A program made the position numbers and the translations under genes. A stretch of DNA of 64,000 nucleotides, taken from NCBI GenBank assembly GCA_050916045.1, contig CP051526.1, forward strand, positions 992,001 to 1,056,000, in the 5' to 3' direction. The notes beneath the pieces were generated by a model. It saw only the letters and a list, made by a program, of their open reading frames with translations. It made no database searches and was not told where the DNA came from. The stretch comes from Tepidisphaera sp. GTDB lineage: Bacteria; Planctomycetota; Phycisphaerae; Phycisphaerales; UBA1924. Below are positions 28,929 to 37,883 of this stretch, piece by piece (positions within the stretch are counted from its first letter, which is position 1; every line of letters begins with the position of its first letter).

Positions 28929-31460
28929 TTACTTTGAGGCAGCCTCGACGTTCAGGTCCGCATTCGCGTCGCCCTCGGGGATCTGAGCGAAGGTGCTCAC
29001 GTCCGAGTTGTCGAAGACAGTGGTGCCGGTGAGGTACTTGAAGAGGATCCGCATCGCGACGCGGAACCGTTCCTGCTGCTGCTCGGGAGTGAACTGCGGC
29101 TGGGCCGGGTCGGACATGTTGGTCGCGGTGAAGTCGGGGATCTCGGTGACGGGCTCAACGATGGGCTGCTCGATCGTGTGCTCGACGACGGGAATGACCA
29201 TCGGGTCCGCGAGGTTGGTCGAGATGCTGGTGGAGGTGTCCGTCGCGGAGCCGCCGACGTTCTCCGTCGTGGCGGGGACGGGCGTGACGTTCTCGGACGA
29301 GGGGTTTGAGACTTGGGAACCCGTCGTGCCTTCGTGCTCGTTGGTGGTGTTCTCGGTCACTGCCGCGGTCGTGGTCGTCGCGGAGGTTTCGACCGTGGAC
29401 GAGACCGGCGTGGTCGCGTTGGAGGTCGCGTCGGTGGTCACGTTGGGGGTCGTCGTGTCGGTGCCGGACGTGCTGGCGGAGGTGGTCGTGGAGGGCGAGA
29501 GGGGCGTGGTATCGGCCTTGGGCAGACCCTGCTCGCGGCGGATGATCTCATCGAGCATGCTTCGGCTGGGCCAGTAGGTCTTCTGGCCGGTGAGCTTCTC
29601 CTTGAGAGCGAGCGCGTCGGTCTGGACGGGGTTCATGGCCAGGGACTGCTGGAGCTTGAAGAGGGCCTTCTGGGTGTCGCCGGCGTCGGCGAGCTGCTGG
29701 GCTTCGACGAGGAGCTGGCTGGACCGCTTGTCGCGGCTGAAAGCGAGCAGGTTCTCGCGGCTGCCGGCACGGATCTGGTCGACCTTCTCGATGCCACGGA
29801 GGCCTGCGGCGGCGAGAGCGGTGTCGTTGACGACCTTGGGCGTGACGAGGAAGATGATCTCGGTGCGTTCGACTTCGTTGTCGGTGCCCTTGAAGGCTTC
29901 TCCGAGGATCGGGATGTCGCCGAGGAAGGGGACCTGGCGGCGGGTGGTCTGAGTCTTGTCGCGGAAGAGACCGCCGAGGACGACCGTCTGGCCGTCGCGG
30001 ACGATGACGTTGGTGGTCAGTTCGTTGGTGATTTCGTCGGGAACGGTGACGACCGAGCCGGAGGAGTTGCGAACATCGCGGACGATGGCTTCGGAGACCT
30101 GCGGCTTGAGCTCGAGACGGATGACGCCGTCGTCAGAGACGAAGGGTCGGACGTGGAGCTGAGTACCAGTGTCGAGGAACTCGACGGTCTGGGTCGTGGC
30201 GGTGTCGGTCGATGTGGTGTTGAGGTAACCGACGCGGCGACCGACGAGGACTCGGGAAGCCATCCGGTTCAGGACGAGGATTCGAGGGTTGGAGAGGACG
30301 GTCGTGTCGGTGACCTGGTCCAGAACGCGGAGGAACATCGCCACGTCGTTCTTGATGAAGCCGATCTTGAAGGTGCCGGGGCCGGCGAAGTTGCCGGGGC
30401 TGCTGTTGGCGGCGGCGCCCGAGCCGGCGCGGGGCACGAACGGAAGGTCGCTGGCGCCGGGGCTGGTCAGCTTGTCCTGGTTGTTGACGCCCAGGGCGTC
30501 GGCGGCGCGGCCGGGGCCGCCGATGTCGGTGATGTCGGCGAAGTCGAGGTTGGCGAGCAGGGAGATGTCGACGCCGAAAGCGTTCATCTCGGACAGGTTG
30601 GCCTGCACGATCGTGGCCTGGATCTCGACCTGGACGGGGCGCTCGTCGAGGCGCTTGATGAGTTCTTCGACGGCGGCGATGTTCTCTTCGAAATCGGTGA
30701 CGACGACGAGGTCGCGGCCGACGTAGTCATTGCCGCCGCCGGGGACGTCCTTGCTGGTGGGGAAGGCGACGGTCTTGCCGGGGGTGGTGATCTGACCGCC
30801 CTCGGAGAGCGCGGCTTTCACGAACTCCGCGGCGTCGACGGGGTTGATGTAGTTGAGGTTGATGACCTTGGTCATGCGGACCTTGCCGGCCTCGATGATG
30901 GCGGCGAGCTGTTCCGCGGTGTAGACGTAGATGAAGTTGTCCTTCTCGATGTAGCCAAAGCCGTTAGCGTGAAGGATGGCGTCCATGGCCTGGTAGAAGG
31001 TGACGCCGAAGAAGTTGGCGGTGACCTTGGCGGAGACGTCCTTGCTGGCGATGATGTTCTTCTGAGACTGGAGGCTCAGCATTTCGAGGACGGCGGCCAG
31101 GTCCTCGTCCTTGACGGCGAGGTCCACGAGCTGGTTGGCGTCGACCTTGATGTCCAGGCCCTGCTTCTTGGCGTTGCCCTTCATCGCGTCCTTGAACTTG
31201 CCGGCCGCGAGCGCGGCTTCGGCGTTGGTCGGGGCCGAGTGCGAGCCACCGGATACGGCGTGGGCGCCGGAGGCTTCCGGCTGGGCTTCGGGCTGCTGTC
31301 CGACCATGCTCTCAAGGCCGGTGGACGAGGGCGGGTCGATCTTGGGCTGGTCCGAGGGCTGGGCGATGGCCAAGCGGGAACCGGCGATGGTCGCGAGCAG
31401 CATGGCGGAAAGCCTGACGCTGGCGCGGAGAGTGATGAACTGATTCTGACTGCGATCCAT
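28929..31460 (-). CDS. Secretin (PilQ/GspD-like) with TPR-like and Thr-rich C-terminal extension
   Basis: N-domains, QVEIQATIV, VLSNPRILVLN, TGTQLHVRP, VRDGQTVVLGGL, VPFLGDIPILGEAF, EIIFLVTPKVV. Confidence 0.9.
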   Translation of the reverse strand: MDRSQNQFITLRASVRLSAMLLATIAGSRLAIAQPSDQPKIDPPSSTGLESMVGQQPEAQPEASGAHAVSGGSHSAPTNAEAALAAGKFKDAMKGNAKKQGLDIKVDANQLVDLAVKDEDLAAVLEMLSLQSQKNIIASKDVSAKVTANFFGVTFYQAMDAILHANGFGYIEKDNFIYVYTAEQLAAIIEAGKVRMTKVINLNYINPVDAAEFVKAALSEGGQITTPGKTVAFPTSKDVPGGGNDYVGRDLVVVTDFEENIAAVEELIKRLDERPVQVEIQATIVQANLSEMNAFGVDISLLANLDFADITDIGGPGRAADALGVNNQDKLTSPGASDLPFVPRAGSGAAANSSPGNFAGPGTFKIGFIKNDVAMFLRVLDQVTDTTVLSNPRILVLNRMASRVLVGRRVGYLNTTSTDTATTQTVEFLDTGTQLHVRPFVSDDGVIRLELKPQVSEAIVRDVRNSSGSVVTVPDEITNELTTNVIVRDGQTVVLGGLFRDKTQTTRRQVPFLGDIPILGEAFKGTDNEVERTEIIFLVTPKVVNDTALAAAGLRGIEKVDQIRAGSRENLLAFSRDKRSSQLLVEAQQLADAGDTQKALFKLQQSLAMNPVQTDALALKEKLTGQKTYWPSRSMLDEIIRREQGLPKADTTPLSPSTTTSASTSGTDTTTPNVTTDATSNATTPVSSTVETSATTTTAAVTENTTNEHEGTTGSQVSNPSSENVTPVPATTENVGGSATDTSTSISTNLADPMVIPVVEHTIEQPIVEPVTEIPDFTATNMSDPAQPQFTPEQQQERFRVAMRILFKYLTGTTVFDNSDVSTFAQIPEGDANADLNVEAASK

Positions 31461-31608
31461 AACGTGCCCTCGCATATGTGATTTCCCTCCGTGCCCGCGT
31501 CGTTGCGGGACCATCGGCACTGGATATGTCGGACGTCCCCGAGGGCGACTTTGGGCCGTGTGCAAGGGCGAGAACGATTCTGGCGAAAAAAAACAGGTCC
31601 TTCTCGCG

Positions 31609-31652
31609 CAAAAAACGACAGACCCGACCCCTTCGTGTCGCGGGGTCGGGTC
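31609..31652 (-). terminator. Probable terminator of the VIT-VWA gene
   Basis: 11-bp stem GACCCGACCCC/GGGGTCGGGTC, followed on the minus strand by TGTCGTTTTTT. Confidence 0.5.
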
Positions 31653-31680
31653 CGTCAGGAAGCGAGCGAACTCGTCAGAT

Positions 31681-34122
31681 CTACTTAGGAGCGGGCTGAT
31701 CGGCTGTGGGAGTGCTGTTCTGCCGGATCAGCGTTCGCTTGCCGCTGACGAGGAGGAGGATGTCGCCTTCGAGGGCGAGGACGCCGGCTTGGCCGTCGGC
31801 GATGAGGGCGTCGGCGACCTTTTCGAATTCGGGGGTGCCGACGGTGACCTCGACCTCGGGCTTGTCGGATTCCTTGTCGAGGACGCGGCCGTCGACCCAG
31901 CCCTTGAAGCCGGCGGAGCGGTTGTAGTAGGTCTGGGCGTTGATGTTCTGGATGGCGTTATAGACGACCTTGCCGGCACCGTCGCCGGAGCGGTAGAAGG
32001 ACTCGACCGGAGCGCCGCCCTTGCCACCTCCGCCGCCGGGGGCGCTGGACGCAGCCGGGGAAGGCGCGGCGACCGAGTACCGGGCGTTGGCGGACTGGGC
32101 GTTCAGTGCGCTCAGCTTGTCGTGGACGTCGCCGTCCTGATTGACGGAGCCGGAGCCTGAGCGGACCCTCGAGAGGTCTGTCAGAGAGAGGCCGACGCGT
32201 TCGCGGAGTTCCCCAGCATCGTGGAACGCGAGGTTGGTTTCCGTCGCAAGGAAGGACGTGTACGGCGTCATGATGCCCCAACGCATGCTGAGCTGGGTGA
32301 TCTGGTCGACGAGCTCCTTCGTGCGAGCCTCGTTCCCGGCAGAGCCCGGGTCGGCGGAGCCTTGGCGGATCTCTTCGACAAGGGCCGCGACCTTGCGGGT
32401 GGCCCAGAGGCGGGGGACAAAGCCGTTCTTGGCGGTGGCGGCGCTGAGCTTGAGGTTGAATTCAAAGTCGTGGGGCGTGCCGAAGTACTCGCCGCCGAGC
32501 TTGATGTTGAGCGTGTCGGACTCGCCGGTGTACTGGCCGAGGATGACGATCTGGTCCCCCTCGAAGACATCGTCGAGCGCGGCGGGCTGGAGGTCGCGGG
32601 TCGCGCGGGTGGTCGGCTTGCCGTCGGACCCGATGAGCGTGAGCGTCGGGTTGGCGAGCGTCGGGCCGCGGAGGCGGCGCGACACCTGTGAGACCTTGAC
32701 CTCGACGTCTTCTTCGGGCAGGATGAACGTGGGGGCGCCCTTGGACGAACGCGAAATGCCGGAGAGGAGGGGGGTGTTGACGTCGAACCCGACGCCGAAA
32801 GCAAAGATGCGGCGGTTGGCTTTGTTGGAGGCTTTCACGTGGTCGCGGATGGTGACTTCCTTGCGTTCGCCGACGGTGGGGAGGCCGTCGGTGAGGAAGA
32901 GGACCAGGGGCATGGAGCCTTGCGCGACGGGGGCGTTGATGGCGGTCATGAGGGCGTCGTGCAGGTTGGTGCCGCCGTTTGCCTGCAAGCGACCGAGGTA
33001 GGCGAGGGCGTCGGCGCGGGCTTTGTCGTCGAGGGCGACGGGTTCTTTGGCGAAGGTCTCGATGCTATCGGAGTAGTCGATGATGTTGAAGCGTTCGCCG
33101 GGGGCGAGGCCGTTGATGACGTTGATCGCGGCTTTGCGAGCCTGCTCGAACTTGGCGCCTTGCATGGAGCCTGAGCGGTCGAGGACGATGGTCATCTCGC
33201 GGGGGACGGGTTTGAGGTCGGCGGGGCGGTCGGTCGGGACCGCGGCGACGAGGAGGAAATAGCCGCCCTTGCCGCCGTCGATGGAAGCGTCGGGGTAGGC
33301 GTAGAGGGTGGCGGAGGCGGCTTTGGCGTCGGTGGGGGAGAGGGTGGCGAGGCGGAAGGAGCCGGGTCCGGATGCGGAGTTGGCTGGGACGGTGATGACG
33401 AACTCACCCGAGCCCGTGCGTTCGGAGACGAGGTCGTGGCTTGGCGAGAAGACGGTGGAGACGGGAGCGGAGGACTTGACGGTGGCTTTGATGGTCCAGG
33501 GGACGGAGGTCTGGGTCGCGAGGGACTCGGTCTTGGGGAGGACGTAGTCGACTCGGCCGGCGTCGGCGGTGAGGAGCTGCTCGAAGACGATGCGGATCTT
33601 CTGGGTGGCTCCGGCGGGGACGGGGAAGGCGGAGGAACGGATGACGCCCATGCCGGCGAATTCGAGGAGGGCCGGATCGCGGGCGCCGCGGACGATCGAG
33701 TCGTAGATGCGGCGGGCTTCGTCGCGGGGGAGGATGGTGGCGGTGGGCTCGGGGCCGGTGCCGTCGTACTGGAGCGAGCGGACGGTGACGCCGTCGGGGA
33801 CGGGCAGGAGGAGTTCGGCTTGCTGGGGGGAGCCGGTGGTGTTGGTGACGGAGATTTCGAGGCTTGTGGTCGCGAGTTGGTCGACGATGGAGATGTCGGC
33901 GGCGACGGCGGAGATGGCAACGGCGGCCCAGGAGCGTGGGACGCGGTTGGCTTGGGGCATGACGAAGATTCGGTCGACGGGCGGTGTGGCGGCCGCGGGA
34001 GCCGAGGTTGGGACGGGCTGGGCGACGGCGAGGGTGGACCCGGCGACCATCGGGAGGGCAAGGCCGAGGGCGAGGATGGGGAGGGCGAGCGGTCGGGCGA
34101 AGGGCAGGGTTCGGACGCGCAT
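31681..34122 (-). CDS. Secreted VIT and VWA domain-containing protein
   Basis: Signal peptide; VIT (EARRIYDSIVRGARDPALLEF); VWA MIDAS DRSGSM, GGTNL, FLTDGLPT. Confidence 0.9.
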   Translation of the reverse strand: MRVRTLPFARPLALPILALGLALPMVAGSTLAVAQPVPTSAPAAATPPVDRIFVMPQANRVPRSWAAVAISAVAADISIVDQLATTSLEISVTNTTGSPQQAELLLPVPDGVTVRSLQYDGTGPEPTATILPRDEARRIYDSIVRGARDPALLEFAGMGVIRSSAFPVPAGATQKIRIVFEQLLTADAGRVDYVLPKTESLATQTSVPWTIKATVKSSAPVSTVFSPSHDLVSERTGSGEFVITVPANSASGPGSFRLATLSPTDAKAASATLYAYPDASIDGGKGGYFLLVAAVPTDRPADLKPVPREMTIVLDRSGSMQGAKFEQARKAAINVINGLAPGERFNIIDYSDSIETFAKEPVALDDKARADALAYLGRLQANGGTNLHDALMTAINAPVAQGSMPLVLFLTDGLPTVGERKEVTIRDHVKASNKANRRIFAFGVGFDVNTPLLSGISRSSKGAPTFILPEEDVEVKVSQVSRRLRGPTLANPTLTLIGSDGKPTTRATRDLQPAALDDVFEGDQIVILGQYTGESDTLNIKLGGEYFGTPHDFEFNLKLSAATAKNGFVPRLWATRKVAALVEEIRQGSADPGSAGNEARTKELVDQITQLSMRWGIMTPYTSFLATETNLAFHDAGELRERVGLSLTDLSRVRSGSGSVNQDGDVHDKLSALNAQSANARYSVAAPSPAASSAPGGGGGKGGAPVESFYRSGDGAGKVVYNAIQNINAQTYYNRSAGFKGWVDGRVLDKESDKPEVEVTVGTPEFEKVADALIADGQAGVLALEGDILLLVSGKRTLIRQNSTPTADQPAPK

Positions 34123-34279
34123 GGCAGGTCTCCGTGGGCGGACGCGAGCACCGCGCCCGATGGTGGTCTAGCGTTGCTCGCGGGGTATTGGTTCACGGGG
34201 GGGCGCGGGAACCGGAGCATCCGGGCGTTCGTATTTGGTTTGTAAAGGTTCGCGGGCAGGCTCGCGACAGGGAGGCACG

Positions 34280-34552
34280 ATGGCCAAAGCGATGGTCGAT
34301 CCGGTGGAACTGCGGCGGTTTGCGCAGGACCTCAAGCGGTTCAACGGCAACCTGACGGCGCAGCTTGCGGCTTTGCAGGGGCGGCTGAACGACCTTGGTC
34401 AGTCGTGGCGCGATCAGGAGCACACGAAGTTCGCGGAGGAGTTTGAAGCGACGATGAAGGTGCTGAGCCGGTTCACGGACGCGGCGGACAAGCACATCCC
34501 GTTCCTGCTTCGGAAAGCGGAGAAGATCGAGGAGTATTTGAATCAGAGGTAG
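34280..34552 (+). CDS. WXG100/ESAT-6-like small helical protein
   Basis: GGAGG RBS; 90 aa; VDPVELRRFA...LGQSWRD helix-turn-helix with central W-x-D. Confidence 0.8.
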   Translation: MAKAMVDPVELRRFAQDLKRFNGNLTAQLAALQGRLNDLGQSWRDQEHTKFAEEFEATMKVLSRFTDAADKHIPFLLRKAEKIEEYLNQR

Positions 34553-34576
34553 GGCAAGTCACGAAGTCGGAATGCA

Positions 34577-34616
34577 AAGAAGGCACGGAGATGGGTATCT
34601 CCGTGCCTTTTCGTTT
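34577..34616. terminator. Rho-independent terminator (likely bidirectional)
   Basis: AAGGCACGGAGAT-GGGT-ATCTCCGTGCCTT followed by TTCGTTT. Confidence 0.8.
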
Positions 34617-34617
34617 C

Positions 34618-34649
34618 GTGACTCAGCGGCTTGGTGACTCAGTGACTGC
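34618..34649. repeat. 8-bp tandem micro-array x4 (GTGACTCA GCGGCTTG GTGACTCA GTGACTGC)
   Basis: Read directly between the terminator and the EF-G paralog stop codon. Confidence 0.55.
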
Positions 34650-34654
34650 TTTGC

Positions 34655-36784
34655 TCAGTCCTCGACGTTCCTGGGTTTGAACGCGGCGATGACGGCGGCT
34701 TGCACCTGTGGGGGCGTGGGCTCGTCGTGCGAGTAGTCCATGCTGTAGGAGCCAGCGCCGCCGGTCATGCTTTTGAGCTCGTTGGCGTAATTTTGAAGTT
34801 CGGCGAGCGGGGCGATGGCTCGGACGATGCAGACATCGCCGGCGGTGACTTCGCTGTCCTGGACGCGGCCGCGTTTGGTGGAGAGGTGGCCGGCGATGTC
34901 GCCGAGGTAGCGGCTTGGAGCGGAGACTTCGAGGTTGACGAAGGGCTCGAGGAGTTTGGGCTTGGCTTTGGAGATGGCGTCGATGAAGGCGCGGCGGCCA
35001 GCGGTGATGAAGGCGATTTCCTTGCTATCAACGTCGTGGTACTTGCCGTCGTAGACGGCGCAGCGGATGCCGGCCATGGGATAGCCGGCGAAAGCGCCTT
35101 CGGTCATGACCTGTCGGACGCCCTTTTCGATCGCGGGCCAGTACTGACGCGGGACCGTGCCGCCGACGACTTCGGAGACGAACTCGAAGCCTTCGGGGTG
35201 GTCGGCGGGGAGGGGCTCGATGCGGAGGTAGACCTCGCCGAACTGACCTGAGCCGCCGGTCTGTTTCTTGTGGCGGTGGTGACCTTCGGCTTTGGCGGAG
35301 ATGGTTTCCTTGTAGGCGACTTTGGGGGTGCTTGTGGTGACGTCGATGCCGCCGGCTTTGAATTTCTCGAGGATGATGCGGAGGTGGAGTTCGCCGAGGC
35401 CGCGGAGGACGGTCTGTCCGGTGGCGGCGATGCGTTCAACGCGGAAGCACGGGTCCTCGAGCATCAGGCGGTGGGAGATGGTCGAGAACTTAGTTTCGTC
35501 GGCGTGGTTTTTGAGCTCGACGGCGAGACCGAAGAGGGGCTTGGGGATCTGGAGGGGGTTGAGGTGGACGGAGTCGTACTCGTGGCTGTCGTGGAGGACG
35601 CAGTTGAAGTGGATCTCGTCGACCTTGGAGATGGCGGCGATTTCGCCGGGGCCGACCTCGCTGACCTCGACGTGCTCCTTGCCTTGGAGCTTGAAGAGGT
35701 GGCTGATCCGGACGGGCTTCTTCATCTCGTCGATCAGGATGTCGGTCTTGGCGCGGAGGGTGCCCTGGTGGACGCGGAAAACGCCGAGCTTGCCGACGAA
35801 GGGGTCGGTGGTGATTTTGAAGACGTGGGCGATGAGCGGCGCGGCGGGGTCGGGCTTGGCGTGCCACTCGACGTCCTCGCCGCCTTCTTTCTCGCGACGG
35901 ACGAACTCGGGCGGGTTCACCTCGACGGGGCTGGGGCAGAGGCTCGCGAAGACGTGGAGGAGGTCGTCGATGCCGGCGCCGGTTTTGCCCGAGCAGAAGC
36001 AGACGGGGATGAGGTGGGCGTCTTCGAGGGACTTCTCGAACGCGGCGTGGAGTTTGGCCGGATCGAACCCGGCGCCCTCGCCCTTCTCGAGGTATTCCAT
36101 GGTGAGTTCGTCGTCGACCTCGATGACTTGCTCCACAATCTGCTTGTGGGCTTCGTGAACGGAGGAGAAGTCGGTCTCATCGCCGGCGGCGTCGTTGCCG
36201 TCGTGCTCGAAGACGTTGATGACCTTGGTGCCGTTGGCGGTGGGGAGGTTGATGGGGAGAGCGATCGAGCCGAAGGTGGCACGGATGGATTCGAGGATGC
36301 CGGGGAGATCGGCGTTGGGTTCGTCGATCTTGGAGACGATGACCATCCTCGGGATTTTCCGCTGTTCCGCGACGGACATCAGGCGTCGGGCGACGGAGTC
36401 GATGCCCTTGACGGCGTCGATGGTGACGGCGATGGTCTCGCAGGCGGGGAAGCATGCGATGGCGTGGCCGATGAAGTCGGCGAGGCCTGGGGTGTCGATG
36501 ACCTGGACGTCATGGCTTTCGTACTCGAAGTGGACGAACGAGGGCTGAAGCGAGTGCTTGTGGTGCTTCTCCTCGTCGGTGAAATCCGAGACGGTGTTCC
36601 CCTCCGCGACCGAGCCGGGCTTTTTGATGGCGCCTGCGGCGAAGAGAAGCCGTTCGGTGATGGTCGTCTTTCCCGCGGCGGTGGTGCCGCAGAGGCAGAT
36701 TGTCCTCACGTTGGCGGGGTTGCTCGCGGCGGAGCCTTTTCCTGGACCCGAGATCGTGGAGGGGGTGGTTGGAGATACCGCCAT
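34655..36784 (-). CDS. Elongation factor G paralog (EF-G2-like)
   Basis: GTTAAGKTT, DTPGLADF, SKID, GLGELHL, HKKQTGGSGQFGEV, DGKYHDVDSKEIAF, LLEPFV. Confidence 0.92.
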   Translation of the reverse strand: MAVSPTTPSTISGPGKGSAASNPANVRTICLCGTTAAGKTTITERLLFAAGAIKKPGSVAEGNTVSDFTDEEKHHKHSLQPSFVHFEYESHDVQVIDTPGLADFIGHAIACFPACETIAVTIDAVKGIDSVARRLMSVAEQRKIPRMVIVSKIDEPNADLPGILESIRATFGSIALPINLPTANGTKVINVFEHDGNDAAGDETDFSSVHEAHKQIVEQVIEVDDELTMEYLEKGEGAGFDPAKLHAAFEKSLEDAHLIPVCFCSGKTGAGIDDLLHVFASLCPSPVEVNPPEFVRREKEGGEDVEWHAKPDPAAPLIAHVFKITTDPFVGKLGVFRVHQGTLRAKTDILIDEMKKPVRISHLFKLQGKEHVEVSEVGPGEIAAISKVDEIHFNCVLHDSHEYDSVHLNPLQIPKPLFGLAVELKNHADETKFSTISHRLMLEDPCFRVERIAATGQTVLRGLGELHLRIILEKFKAGGIDVTTSTPKVAYKETISAKAEGHHRHKKQTGGSGQFGEVYLRIEPLPADHPEGFEFVSEVVGGTVPRQYWPAIEKGVRQVMTEGAFAGYPMAGIRCAVYDGKYHDVDSKEIAFITAGRRAFIDAISKAKPKLLEPFVNLEVSAPSRYLGDIAGHLSTKRGRVQDSEVTAGDVCIVRAIAPLAELQNYANELKSMTGGAGSYSMDYSHDEPTPPQVQAAVIAAFKPRNVED

Positions 36785-37050
36785 CGGACACAGACTCCTT
36801 TCGTGCTTCGCCGGTGTGGGTGGCGAAGCGGGCTGTCGGCGGTCGACGGCTTTACGCGGTCGGGCCATTCCCGATCGTGGCGTCGGCCTTGGTTTCAGTC
36901 TAAACCCTTTTCTCGCCGGGCGTATGGCGATCTCGCTCGGTTTCACGATTTTGCGTGAGTAGGGGATGGCAGTCCCGTTCAAGCCAAGGTCGGAATCACG
37001 CACCCAAATGGGTCAGTCCGACAGGACCAAACCACAGAAGGAGATCCGCC

Positions 37051-37869
37051 ATGACGCTCGTATCCGCCGCTCGTTTCTCGTGCCTCGCCGCTTTGCTCGC
37101 CCTTTCTGGGACCGCCGCTTCGGCTGGGGAGTTGCTCAAGCCCAACGGGGAGTTTCCCGGGTTGAGCGAGACGGTGACCTCGCGCGGGATCACCGTGCGG
37201 GCCCTGAGGACGTCGTACGTCCAAGCCGGCAACGCCGACGGGCTTCACATCGCGCTGGGAGCCCAGGGGTATGGCTCGGATTGGGAGATCTTTACGCCGA
37301 GCCTTCGGGGCGACTTCCGGTTGGATCAGTACGGGGCGTGGGCCGAGAACGAGCCTCCGCACCGGCAGTACGGGTACAACTGGGGCGTCGATCCCAACCC
37401 GCGTCGGGGCGGAGCGGATATCGCTTTGGCGTATCTGCCCGGGCAGGGTGATCCGGTTCTGGCGGACGCACGCTGGCTTCAGATCATCCGGACGAACCGG
37501 CCGCTGGGCTGGGGCGTGGACAACGGCGCGACGCTTTCGGGGGATCCGGGGTTCACGTGGTATGTGGACAACGGCTATACCGTGCCGGCGGGGCGTCAGC
37601 GGGACATCTTCTACGGGATGGACGACAACACGAACAGCACGGGGTATGCCGGGAACGGCCGCGGGATCATCGACACGCCCTCACGCAATCTGGAAGAAGG
37701 CGTGCGATGGGAAGCCTGGGCTTTCCTCGCGACGTGGGACCGCGAGGGCAAAGCGATCACGATCTACGACGGTGTGCACTGGGGGTTTGAGATGGTCCCG
37801 ACGCCGGGGACGGTGACGCTTCTGGCTTTCGGCGGGCTGCTTGCGGGCAAGCGTCGTCGGCGTGAATAG
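37051..37869 (+). CDS. PEP-CTERM-like (VPTPG) sorted surface protein
   Basis: AAGGAG RBS; signal peptide; ends VPTPGTVTLLAFGGLLAGKRRRRE. Confidence 0.85.
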   Translation: MTLVSAARFSCLAALLALSGTAASAGELLKPNGEFPGLSETVTSRGITVRALRTSYVQAGNADGLHIALGAQGYGSDWEIFTPSLRGDFRLDQYGAWAENEPPHRQYGYNWGVDPNPRRGGADIALAYLPGQGDPVLADARWLQIIRTNRPLGWGVDNGATLSGDPGFTWYVDNGYTVPAGRQRDIFYGMDDNTNSTGYAGNGRGIIDTPSRNLEEGVRWEAWAFLATWDREGKAITIYDGVHWGFEMVPTPGTVTLLAFGGLLAGKRRRRE

Positions 37870-37883
37870 GGTGCCGGGGACGG

